This document shows, one piece after another, positions 23,500 to 34,674 of a stretch of 50,748 bases of DNA. The notes beneath the pieces are model-generated. The model saw only the letters and a program-made list of their open reading frames with translations, did no database searches and had not been told where the DNA came from. How positions within the stretch are numbered: position 1 is the stretch's first letter; each line of letters starts with the position of its first letter. The DNA lies in the NCBI RefSeq assembly GCF_001194135.2, contig NC_068994.1, forward strand, positions 31,690,289 to 31,741,036, written 5' to 3'. The stretch comes from Octopus bimaculoides (taxonomy: Eukaryota). Position numbers and translations under genes: made by a program.

Positions 23500-23975
23500 T
23501 ACCCACTTTTTCTCTTAAATCATCTGTACTTTGTCATTCATGCACATTCAGCAGAGCATGCTTGCTTCATTTCTTTCCAGTCTTCATATATCCTTCACAT
23601 TCACTGACCATATTTTGGTTACCATGCTGCATTGCACTTTGTGCACAAGTTGCATATAATATATTACTCAGTGGAAGAGAGAATCCTTTTTGTTGCCTTC
23701 AGAGAAATTTTTCCACTTTCAGGACACGCATTCTACTGGGGATTTGGTCACTTAGGTAACAGCTGCTATCAGCTACTTGTATCAAGCCTTCCAAGAATTT
23801 GAAAGAATGTATTTTATTTTTGCTCTGATTGCTAACTACTCCTGTTTGTCTGCCACATGCAAACCTGTTGTTCACCATCAACCTGCCTGTGAACTCAGTT
23901 CACCTCTTGTGCACCCATAGATCACACCATGTACTCTCTAAAGTGTCCCTGTCTACTTCTTCTCCACATATTCAA
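23500..23975 (-). mobile_element. RTE-clade LINE fragment
   Basis: Minus-strand peptides GRLMVNNRFACG-like, IQVADSSCYLSDQI, SAMQHG, RLERNEASML and EKVGIR resemble the C-terminal part of the RTE relic at 11.5-12.8 kb. Confidence 0.7.
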
Positions 23976-23994
23976 CATGACCATACACACACAC

Positions 23995-24037
<43 letters not shown>

Positions 24038-24039
24038 TG

Positions 24040-24185
24040 TATGAAGGTCTTTTATACAATTTCCTTCTACCAAATCCCACTCAAGATATGTTTGGTGTTA
24101 TTTGCTTTTAGTGCCTTGCAGAGGTATTGAACCTGGAATTAGGTTGTGAAGCAGATTTCTTAACCACACAGCCATATCTGTACCT
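24040..24185 (-). mobile_element. CORE-type SINE 5' half
   Basis: CTACCAAATCCCACTCAAG...TTCTTAACCACACAGCCA similar to 29470-29600. Confidence 0.6.
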
Positions 24186-24257
24186 CTTTATATGTACTGC
24201 TTCTCAATAGGATCCAGCAAATGGCTTAAAAGTTCTTTAGAATGTGGGGACAAAAAA

Positions 24258-24415
24258 TGCAATTGTGTGGCTTTGTGAGTAAGAAATTTGCTTTGTAGCC
24301 ATGTGGTTTTGGGTTCAGCCTCACTGTGCAACACCTTTGCTAAGTGTCTTCTGCTATAGTCCTATCTTGACCAATATCTTGTGAGTAAATTTGGTTGATG
24401 AAGAATCTGAGCATT
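24258..24415 (+). mobile_element. CORE-type SINE 5' half
   Basis: GTGGCTTTGTGAGTAAG head, GGGTTCAGCC box B-like, ACCTTTGCTAAGTGTCTTCTGCTATAG core. Confidence 0.7.
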
Positions 24416-25313
24416 CAGCTGTAAAACTTTGCCTCAAATCTAAATGATGCCATTATGGAAAAAAACAGATGCTAAACAAACTTTGTTGTTTTCCACAAGC
24501 TCTTTCAGAAAGATGTCTATTACATTGAAGATTGTTACAACTGGGAGACAATACAGGGTCAAAGTCTTACTTTATTCATGAGTTTTTTTTTATTGTTTTT
24601 ATCTTTCATATTATAAATATCAAAATTTAGATAGATTTTATTTTTCTTTATTTTTAGATGATGGAATACAACAAGCAGCTGCTGTTTTTGACAAGAATTC
24701 TTCACTTTTGAATTTTTGAAAGATAATTTCTTGATGTAAATGCATAAATATATCTGCTGAAAATTATTTGGCAGACTTGCAGAAAATAAAAACTGGTTAT
24801 GATTTTATACTATTCTGCTATGTCTTTGAAAACTAATGCTGTTAAGAAAAGGAAAAAGACATTACCAAAGTATATTGCCTTCAGATTCTACCCAAGTGAT
24901 AGGTTATTGGATAAATGAATATTGACTATGGAATTCTATCAGCCTTTTAATTCTTGATATGTCTTGAAAACAAATTTGATTGCATTTTTCAAATGGGAGG
25001 AGCAGCTGTAAGCATTGTTTTCAAAATATTTTTGTTTTCAAAAATTAAAACTGATTTTGGAGAATCTAAATTCAAAAGATGAAGTTATTACAGACAATGA
25101 AATCAAATTTATAAGTTAAAATTAAAATATATATTTATATATATACACACACACACACATACTTACACATGTATGGGTGTGTATGTGTATATATAAGTAT
25201 ATGTATGTAAAGAGAAAGGACAATCCACTAACAGTTAAATATACATACTAATTTGTTTCTTTTAAAATACCAATTGTTATTAGTTGCTGTCTAGAATTTG
25301 ACCATTAAAAATT

Positions 25314-26822
25314 ATGGATAAAAACTTGTCACCGAAACCATTTCCTTGTGACTTGTGTGGAGAAAGTTTTTCACGTCGCAGTACTATGTTGCAACATAAA
25401 CGAACTCACACTGGTGAGAAACCGTTCCATTGTGAGATCTGTTCAAAAGGATTTACACGACCATACACACTACAAAAGCATCGTCGCTGCCACACGGGTG
25501 AAAAACCATTTGCTTGTGATATTTGTGGTCGTAATTTCTCGCGCAGCAGTACTTTGCATGAACACAAGCGAACACATGCCGGTGACAAACCGTTCCAGTG
25601 TGATATCTGTAGGGACAACTTTTCACGGCGGAGCACATTACTCCAACACCATCGCACGCATTCTGGCGAGAAACCGTTTCCCTGTGACGTTTGTGGGAAG
25701 AAGTTTACGCGTCGATACACTTTGCAGAAACATGCAAGAGACCACACACGTGAAGCACCATATCACTGTGAAATATGCGGGTGCCGGTTCACACGGCCTT
25801 TCGCTCTTCAGAAACATCGCCGCTCACATACAGGAGAAAAACGATTCCATTGTGATGTATGTGGGGAGAGTTTTTCTCGAAGAAGCAACCTGCATGTTCA
25901 TCAAAGAACCCACACTGGAGAAAAGCCCTTCAGCTGTTCGTTGTGTGGCAAAAGCTTTTCTCGCAGAAGCAATCTACAAGTACACATACGCAGTCACTCA
26001 GGAATTAAGCCGTACTGCTGTGAATATTGCAGCAAACGGTTTGTTCGAAGCAGCACACTGTTAGAACATAAACGCATTCACACAGGTGAGAAAGCTTCAT
26101 TCCAAAACTTTAATCCTCCTCCTCCTCCTCCTCCTCCTTCTGTTGCCATCAATCCAACTACTGTTGTCAGCAACAATAACAACAACAATAATGCTGAGAA
26201 GAATAGTTGTGTCATGAAAAGTTCAATTGATGACAGCCACAAAGAATTTGTTTTCAGTACTAACAATAACAACACCAACACTAACAGTGACGTTGCCATG
26301 GGAAATGGTAAACAGTTTACCTACAACATTATTACAGCAGCTGCTAACAACACTTTTCAGAATACTAATGGAGACGAAAACTCTCACAATGAGGCACTTC
26401 TTGCAACAGATAATAATATGCAATTCAATCAACCCAGACTAGCCACCACCACTACAACTGATGGCTCTATGTTGCACTGCAGCAACTGTGGAAAGCCATA
26501 TGCCCAATGTTGCCATGTACAACACCAGCAGCTGTTGCTGCAAAGGGGAGCAACCTATTTACAGTCGCAAGCCAGGACCCGGTTATCAGCTTTGGTGACA
26601 GCCAGAAAATGGCTTGAGCCGCCCACTGTGATAGTAGCTGCCTCTACCACTGCAAACCAGACCAGTATGCCCCCGAATGCTGCTGCCACAGCGATAGCTT
26701 ATTCTGAACCTTCCAAAACAGGCCTTCAAACTAATCTTGCTGCAGAGACACTGCCACCTACAGCTTGTAATACACTGGTAGTTGTACAACCCCCAACTGC
26801 TTGCCCTATAATGGAAACCTGA
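25314..26822 (+). CDS. C2H2 (Kruppel-type) multi-zinc-finger protein, 502 aa: 9 tandem fingers followed by poly-Pro, Asn/Thr-rich and Ala/Thr/Pro-rich low-complexity tail
   Basis: Uninterrupted 1509-nt ORF. Nine C-x2-C-x12-H-x3-H units at exact 28-aa spacing with TGEKP-like linkers (25341-26081). An in-frame TGA at 25299-25301 with no AG between it and the ATG means no upstream coding exon can splice in-frame, so this ATG is the likely start. No orthologue recognised. Confidence 0.93.
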   Translation: MDKNLSPKPFPCDLCGESFSRRSTMLQHKRTHTGEKPFHCEICSKGFTRPYTLQKHRRCHTGEKPFACDICGRNFSRSSTLHEHKRTHAGDKPFQCDICRDNFSRRSTLLQHHRTHSGEKPFPCDVCGKKFTRRYTLQKHARDHTREAPYHCEICGCRFTRPFALQKHRRSHTGEKRFHCDVCGESFSRRSNLHVHQRTHTGEKPFSCSLCGKSFSRRSNLQVHIRSHSGIKPYCCEYCSKRFVRSSTLLEHKRIHTGEKASFQNFNPPPPPPPPSVAINPTTVVSNNNNNNNAEKNSCVMKSSIDDSHKEFVFSTNNNNTNTNSDVAMGNGKQFTYNIITAAANNTFQNTNGDENSHNEALLATDNNMQFNQPRLATTTTTDGSMLHCSNCGKPYAQCCHVQHQQLLLQRGATYLQSQARTRLSALVTARKWLEPPTVIVAASTTANQTSMPPNAAATAIAYSEPSKTGLQTNLAAETLPPTACNTLVVVQPPTACPIMET

Positions 26823-27993
26823 CTATTTCACAACAGATTGAACTGCTCTGAGCCTCTCTGAAACTTACTGGTGTGATACACAGATATCCACCAACGTCTA
26901 AAGTGGTAATATTATATGCAAATACAGCAATGATGGAAAATACAAAATTGGACAATCTCTTTTTCTAAATTGTTAAAATATTCCAGTAATGATAAAAAAA
27001 AAAAAAAAGAAATTTTTTTTAAGTAAGGTAAAGTTAAAAGAAAAAAAGAAATGAGAGTTAAAAAAAAAAATGGGTGACTGTTTTTTTTTCATGTTATAAT
27101 TGAAGTTATATTTGGCTAATCTATTTTTGTTTCAACTTTAATATGATTATTATTAAGGCAGTGAGCTGGCAGAAACGTTAACATGCTGGGCGAAATGCTT
27201 AGCGGTATTTCGTCTGTCTTTNNNNNNNNNNNNNNNNNNNNNNNNNNNNNNNNNNNNNNNNNNNNNNNNNNNNNNNNNNNNNNNNNNNNNNNNNNNNNNN
27301 NNNNNNNNNNNNNNNNNNNNNNNNNNNNNNNNNNNNNNNNNNNNNNNNNNNNNNNNNNNNNNNNNNNNNNNNNNNNNNNNNNNNNNNNNNNNNNNNNNNN
27401 NNNNNNNNNNNNNNNNNNNNNNNNNNNNNNNNNNNNNNNNNNNNNNNNNNNNNNNNNNNNNNNNNNNNNNNNNNNNNNNNNNNNNNNNNNNNNNNNNNNN
27501 NNNNNNNNNNNNNNNNNNNNNNNNNNNNNNNNNTATATATATATATATATATATGAATGTTCCCCAGCCTGCCTATTTGATACCCCTTTCCTTTTTGCTA
27601 AACATGTGTACATCTGTTTACCCAGGTATTTGTACTCTCCTCTTGCACTCACACACACATGCAGACACACGCACGTTTGCATTCTCACAAGTCGTTTCTC
27701 TGTTATGAGCATTCTCAAACATGCATATAGTTGCCTAACCCAACATATACATGTGTATACCCAGCCCAGAAACGAGCATACCACCACCATGCCTCCTTCA
27801 ACCCAAATAACATTTCTGTATACCTGGATAATATACATGTGTCTCCTGTCCAGCATACATGCATACATATCTGTGCATGTTGCAACAATAGTACATGTAT
27901 TCACATATGTACAGTATACTACTGCAGATCCTACTAATGTTTGTATGTGTGTAGTACACAGCACACAATATGCACAGCCCTCAATCACATGCA

Positions 27994-28045
<52 letters not shown>

Positions 28046-28271
28046 NNNNNNNNNNNNNNNNNNNNNNNNNNNNNNNNNNNNNNNNNNNNNNNNNNNNNNN
28101 NNNNNNNNNNNNNNNNNNNNNNNNNNNNNNNNNNNNNNNNNNNNNNNNNNNNNNNNNNNNNNNNNNNNNNNNNNNNNNNNNNNNNNNNNNNNNNNNNNNN
28201 NNNNNNNNNNNNNNNNNNNNNNNNNNNNNNNNNNNNNNNNNNNNNNNNNNNNNNNNNNNNNNNNNNNNNNN

Positions 28272-28316
<45 letters not shown>

Positions 28317-29084
28317 TTGTGTGTGTATTGAAATTACGAAATTGATATTGGAATTCAATCTTTTGTTGGGGAAGAAAATCAAAACACTTTTAATAATGAA
28401 TTTTTACTCGGGCTGGAGTGTGTCTGTGTGTATGAGTGTGAGTTAGGAGACATTTGAATTTCTTTGAGTTAAATGTGATGATGTTTTAACACACATACAC
28501 ACATACAAACACACATGTATATACACAGACACATATTAAATCTTACCAAAATCAAACTCATTTAATCTGAAGTGTGGCACATAACCACGAAAAAATTCAA
28601 AGACACACACACACACACAAGGTGCAACATATCCCCCCAAGGAATGGTTTAGAAATAGAATGTCCTATTTTTCCATCAATTTAGAGCAACTGGCCATTTT
28701 CGTTGCCTTGTTTAGGCAGCCCCAGGTCAGCCCTGACCAAATAGACATATAATCAAATATTTTCCAGCTGTGCCCATCCTCTCTCTCTCTCTGTATATTA
28801 GGGACTACATTATCCAATGTGTTCCTTATTTTTAAGACACTTCGGTGTATTTAAAGCTGTTGGTTGCTATTTTTAGCATGCAATTGTATATGGCTGGCTG
28901 GCTGGCTCTCTGTCAGTTTTGATAATGGGGCTTCAGTTGTTTAATTGACTACATTACCTGCTTATTGAGTTGGTGTGTAAGTGGCTGAGTATTCCACCAA
29001 AACATGTGTCCTAAATGTAATTCTCTGGCAGATTTTGCATGACACCATCTGTTATAAGGCTGTACCTGTGAATTACAGATTCAA

Positions 29085-29245
29085 TCATTTCAACAGGCTT
29101 CAATTCAGTTTCTGCCTATCCACCTTCACTCACATATTATGGGGTTGACCCGAGACTAGAAAATATCACTTGCCCAAATGCCATATGTTGGAATTGAACC
29201 CAGGACCTCATGGTTACAAAATTCTCAACTGTTCAGCCATACTGT
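29085..29245 (-). mobile_element. CORE-type SINE 5' half
   Basis: CACTTGCCCAA and ATTGAACCCAGGACC motifs shared with the adjacent copy. Confidence 0.6.
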
Positions 29246-29254
29246 ATATTCTTT

Positions 29255-29606
29255 TATTCTTTTGCTTGTTTCAGTCATTTGTCTGACCATGCTGGAGAAC
29301 CACCTTGAAGTGTTTTAGTCAAACAATCTTAGTATTTATTCTATCAGTCTCCTTTGCCAAACCACTGAGTTATGGGGATGTAAACACACTAACACTGGTT
29401 GTCAAATAGTGATGTGAGGACAAAGACACACACACACACATATATATGATGGTCTTCTTTCAGTTTCCTTCTACCAAATCTACTCACAAGGCATTGGTTG
29501 GCCTGAGGCTATAATAGAAGACATTTGCCCAAGGTGCCATGCGGTGTAGGGCTGAACCTAGAACCATGTGGTTAGGAAGCAAACTTCTTACCACACAGCC
29601 ACACCT
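29255..29606 (-). mobile_element. Near full-length CORE-type SINE (tRNA head - ACCTTGGGCAAATGTCTTC core - (TG)n - 3' tail)
   Basis: Reverse complement shows GGCTGTGTGGTAAG head, GGTTCTAGGTTCAGCCC box B-like, CORE-like block and the same tail as the copies at 22.3 and 46.4 kb. Confidence 0.8.
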
Positions 29607-29609
29607 ATA

Positions 29610-29657
<48 letters not shown>

Positions 29658-32530
29658 TAGATAGATAGATTGATATTACTGGAAATCATTGCAATGTACT
29701 GGAGATTGAAAGTTTTGAAAAAACCCTTCACTTTAATGGGTAGGATTTAATTTGATTATAGAATTTACAGTATACTGGAGAGATTTAAGATTGGAAACTA
29801 ATAAGATACTCAGCTGTTATTACAGCTGTATCCAGCCACTGCTGCTAGAAGGAATATCGCAGCAAGAGATATGCATCTTGACAATGGTCATAGTATACTG
29901 TAGAGCTTGTTACTCTGCCAGCTTAGATGCATTGATTATAAATCTATTTCATGTGCTTTTGTTGTGAATTTAAACAATACACTTAATGCTGTGATGATCA
30001 GTTTATGTAACTGCCAAAGATAGTTACTGAAACGTCTGGGTGTTGTTTTACATTTGATAAGTCATTATTTTGTCTAGCGTGGGTTGGGAGAATTCATTAC
30101 TCATCTACCTAATGCCACTGGTTTTTAAAAAAGACCAACGGCACATCAGAATCCAGACTTGAAGGAACTATCACCATCTTCAACTGGCTGACGATTATCT
30201 CCCTTGTGGCTGTTCCTCTGACATGATCTACAAAAGTTCTTGCCTGTGTTCAACAACAAAACTTTCTGTGAATGTGTTTTGTAAAAGTGAAAAGGAAAAC
30301 TAATACATTTATGTTTGTATTAACAATTCAAATGTGATGCATAACACAACATTATATTTTCTTTCAATTCATGATTGTTCTTCCTCTGTGAAACGCCAGT
30401 AAAAGTTACTTAGCTGCACTATTATATGTGGTGGTTCTAACTGTTAAAATCTTAAGTGAAACATGCACACAACACAATCCAAGACATTGAAGTTGCAAAG
30501 GAAACTATCAGTTAAAACATTTGAGAAAAAGTTGTTTTTTTTTCCAGTTTTTGCTTGCTTCCACAGCTTATGCAACCCAAATACTCTAATGTAGTCATTC
30601 CTCAGTTATGGTATCTAGCTGCCTTTTCTCCACTCCCCATCAGTTTCAATGGCTTTAAACAAGCCTCCCTCCTCTGACAATCATTGTTTAAAAAAAGATC
30701 CCTAAAAATGAAACTGTATACATAATTTTTTTTTTCCTTAATAGCTTCCTAATACTTTTTGCATTAAATATGTTAACACTAACTTTATTATATCTGTATA
30801 ATAGTAAAGTCATTGCTAACGTACTCAGAAATTTTAATTCACTAAAATTTCACCATTAGTGAAGAAATATCATTAGCATAATGATTTAATTGGTGAAAAA
30901 AGGTAGTGGAGATGATCTTGAAATTTAAAATAAATAAAAAAAAAAAATGCAGTGAAGAGTGAAGTCTTCTCACTGATTGTATTAACCAATACATATATTG
31001 GTTAATTTGATCATGGACCATAATTTAAAATTGTATGAGTCGTATATGTATATATAATGTATTTATATACATATATGTATGTATATACATATATATATAT
31101 ATATTTATTTACTTTACTTATTTGACCATGATTTTATTTTTACTGTCTCACTATTTCTGTTTCTCTCTCTCTCTCTCTCTCTTATACACACACACACACA
31201 TTTGAGATCTAGTACTCAATACATAAATCAGAGTTTATATTTGAAGCTCAAACTGACTTTCATTGTTTATTTATATTACTTATCACATGACTGATATTTT
31301 GATATTCATGAAACAATGTTGAGAAGCTTCTACTTTCATATATAAATATATACACACACATAAGATATATGTGAATATATATATATATATATATACATAC
31401 TGACTAAAATAAAATATGAAGATCAGGTTTTGAAATTAAAAAAAATATGCATAAGCACATTTGCAGTTGTCTGTTTTAATGCAGTGGAAGCAACATTTGG
31501 CTAAGGATAATGCTTTTATTTATTTATTTATTTTTTTTGACTAACAGTAAGCAACATCCAACTGGCAAAAGATACATATAAACACAAATTCTCACAGAAT
31601 TATTATTATTAATAGCTGGATAATTCATGTTTACATTACAACTGTTTGCTTTACTTCAGGTAATGTAGATTGTATTATTCTAAATCATCATCATTTAACA
31701 TCCCCTTTTCCATGCTGGCATTTATTTGACAGTCCATGAGGAAATGACAAGCCAGAGGACTGTGCTGAGCTCCAATGTCTGCTTTGGCATGGTTACTATG
31801 GCAGAATGTCCTTCCTAAAGCCAGTTCTTTATAGAATGTACTGGGTGTTTTTTTTTAATTATTTTCTTGTGGCACCAGCATTAGTGAGGTAATCTAGTCC
31901 TCACAAGATAAGGCTCTTCAACTGGTTGGGGTATAAGTTTTGAAGGATGTGAAAGTATGATAGATGTGAACAAATGTTTTATTGAAGAGGAGGATACATG
32001 GCTTTCCCAGCTGGAAAGAGATAGTGAGATGGTGAGGATATATATACCCTTTAGGTCCAAGGTGAATATGCGTAAGAGAATACAGTTAGAAGAACAGAAA
32101 GGCTGGGTGAGGAGGTAGGCAAGTGCACTAGAGTAAAAAAAGTGTGACAAAGGATTAGAGGTGAGGATTTGATCTCACTCCACACCATTGAACAGCTATT
32201 TTAGTGCTAAACTAATAGCCGTGATGTAAAAGCAGATTAACCAGCTGTTGATAAAATATATAGTACTCTGCAAATTAGTATTCAGTTCTCTTGTGTATAA
32301 TTGCTTTTAATTCTAAAAAAATTTTTATATAAATTATTTATGTTAATTATTAATCACTAATCAAGATCAATTAGTTGGAGTCCTATGGGAGAGCACATTT
32401 TCTTTTTCCTCTTCTAATTTTAATGTATATGTGTGTATGTATGTACATCTTATTATATATATATAGGATGAGATAATGTTAGATTATATCTATAGGTCTG
32501 GTGAAACAAACAGGAAAATAGAACTCAAAA

Positions 32531-32569
<39 letters not shown>

Positions 32570-32754
32570 ATATATATATATTAAACTATATTTGATTTGC
32601 AGAAGTTGCAGAGTAACTCAAAGGCTGAGAGTTTCATGCATTGGCCCTTGAGTCACTCTGTAACATTTGCTGATTAAATATATATACACACACATGCATG
32701 TATTTATACACATATACAAATAAATACAGTGTGCATACATTATATGTGTGTATT

Positions 32755-32962
32755 AAGGTGGTGAGCTATCAGAAACGTTAGCATGCCAGGCGAAATGCTA
32801 AGTGGTATTTCGCCTGTCTTTATGTTCTGAGTTCAAACTACGCTGAGGTCAACTTTGCATTCATGTTTTTCGGGGTCGATAAGTTAAGTACCAGTTGCGT
32901 ACTGGGGTTGATCTAATTGATCCCTCCCAAATTTTGGGCCTTGTGCCTAGAGTAGAAAAGAT
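32755..32962 (+). mobile_element. Deu/Nin-domain-like SINE
   Basis: AAGGTGGTGAGCTATCAGAAACGTTAGC head, GAGTTCAAAC box B-like, GAGGTCAACTTTGC...GGGGTCGATAAGTTAAGTACCAG core. Further single copies at ~21700-21880, 27155-27221 (cut by gap) and 44425-44637, all on +. Confidence 0.8.
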
Positions 32963-32982
32963 CATATGTGTGTGTATTTGAA

Positions 32983-33253
32983 GGCATGTGGCCTAGTGCG
33001 TACAGCTTTGGGCTTAGAATCATGAAGTCAGGAGTTCAGTTCTTGGGCTGGATGATGTATTGTGTCCATGAGCAAGGCCCTTCATCTCCCATTGCTGTAG
33101 CCTATAATAGCAGCAGCAGCTGTTGATTAACTCACTGGTGGGCTGGGATCCTATTTAAGGAAAAGTCTTGTGCTCTCAATTGCTTAAAAGCCTTAGAAAC
33201 TGGAGTAAGCTCCGGCCAAATGAGCCTGTTACCTTGAAACAGACTTCAACTTT

Positions 33254-33258
<5 letters not shown>
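32983..33258 (+). mobile_element. Old tRNA-derived CORE-type SINE
   Basis: Box A-like TGGCCTAGTG, box B-like GGAGTTCAGTTC, CORE-like TGTGTCCATGAGCAAGGCCCTTCA, tail AAGCTCCGGCC...CAGACTTCAAC-Tn. Confidence 0.6.
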
Positions 33259-33291
<33 letters not shown>

Positions 33292-33767
33292 TTACAAACA
33301 CATATATGTGCACACCCATACCTACACAAGTTGTTTTTTTAAAGAAACTGTTTAGATGAGAGGTTATTAAAATTCTTCAGAAGCTGATATAGTGAGTTTG
33401 ATTTTGGTTCAGCATTTTAACATGTGTGATGATGCCGAGTTGGTGCCACTGGCATTTGATTTCTAATCTTGCCATCTTGTTTTTCAGCCATGCAAGTCAG
33501 TATATGAATGTACAAGTATGAGTGAATTGTATTCAAAGTTAAATTTTTTTCACTTAAAACAAAGATATTCCTTGGGTATAGGTGATGTCCCTATGCTGTA
33601 CTATAATTTAGTTCAGGAATGGGGGAAATCTCTAGTTTTAAAAAAACATTGTATTTTTCTTGAAACGCTATATGTCAATTAACCAGGATTCCTAACACTG
33701 CATGCTGAAAATTATAAACATATACTGGAAAATGTCTATAGTTTATTTTCATATTCACAAACTTTAA

Positions 33768-33981
33768 CCCTTTTGTGCTTTTGTTACCATATTTCTGTTG
33801 AAATACACTGCCTTTGTTTTGATTAGTTTGAAAATAATGAAGAATTTATTAAACTAACTCTATTATCAATCTGATATTTAGAACAAAAATGATCATGAAA
33901 TTTGGTTTTTAGATAATTTTAAATCAGGAAATTAGTATCATAGAACCGAGGGCAGTCTCAGGCAGGTTGGTATTAAAAGGG
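33768..33981. mobile_element. piggyBac-type MITE (214 bp)
   Basis: TTAA on both sides (33764-33767, 33982-33985); termini CCCTTTT...AAAAGGG with extended imperfect TIR (..TACCA / TGGTA..); no coding capacity. Confidence 0.85.
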
Positions 33982-34674
33982 TTAAATTAAGCCTAGTCAT
34001 AATAATAATAAGTAAATTTATTAAACATTCACTAAATCAGTCTTAATTTGTTTTAAAATAGTTGACTAAAGAAATAACATTTAAGTGAAAGGGCCATCAG
34101 ATTTTACAGCCTTTTCACTGCAGATTCCTTGACCTAAAGTCAGTCAAGGAAGATAGTTGGGAAGTTAAATCTATCTCAAGATTTTGCAGTTACTGGATTT
34201 CGTTTACATCTTCAGAGTAGACATGGTTATAATGATACAGCTTTCTGTGTATAAGTCTTTAGACATTAGACATAGGTGTTTCTCTCTCTCTCTCTCTCTC
34301 TTGCATCATTACCATCATTGTCATCATCACCACCACCACACACATTTCACATCTGCCTTTTTTGAAACAATTATTCTGTCTAAAAGACAGTGGTTTCTCT
34401 CCAACCTTCTTTTGAACTGTATTAAGCAACCCAACACTGTACACTTTCTTCTCTTTGACAATCAGGTTGCTGTGTTTTCAATATGGTTATTTTCACCTCC
34501 AAAAAATATTTATCATTTTTTTTTTTTTTTAGATTCATGTATTAACTGTTTCCATTTGTAAACCTGGTTGGAAGAAGGGCTTAATTGATTGATTATTGAT
34601 CCATTGATCCTGGTTGATAATCAGGGAAAATGATTTATAATTTTCTTCATTATTATATATGTACTAAGTTGGTA

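Noticed and set aside
25348-26064. 238-aa ORF overlapping the zinc-finger array in the +1 frame (and antisense ORFs 25406-25747, 26078-26299)
   Set aside because: Expected by-product of finger codon usage (few NTA/NTG codons before A/G); no recognisable protein motif.
26992-27070. A-runs downstream of the intronless ZNF suggesting a retrocopy
   Set aside because: No TSD or upstream AATAAA seen; A-runs are common here and single-exon finger arrays are normal for this gene class.
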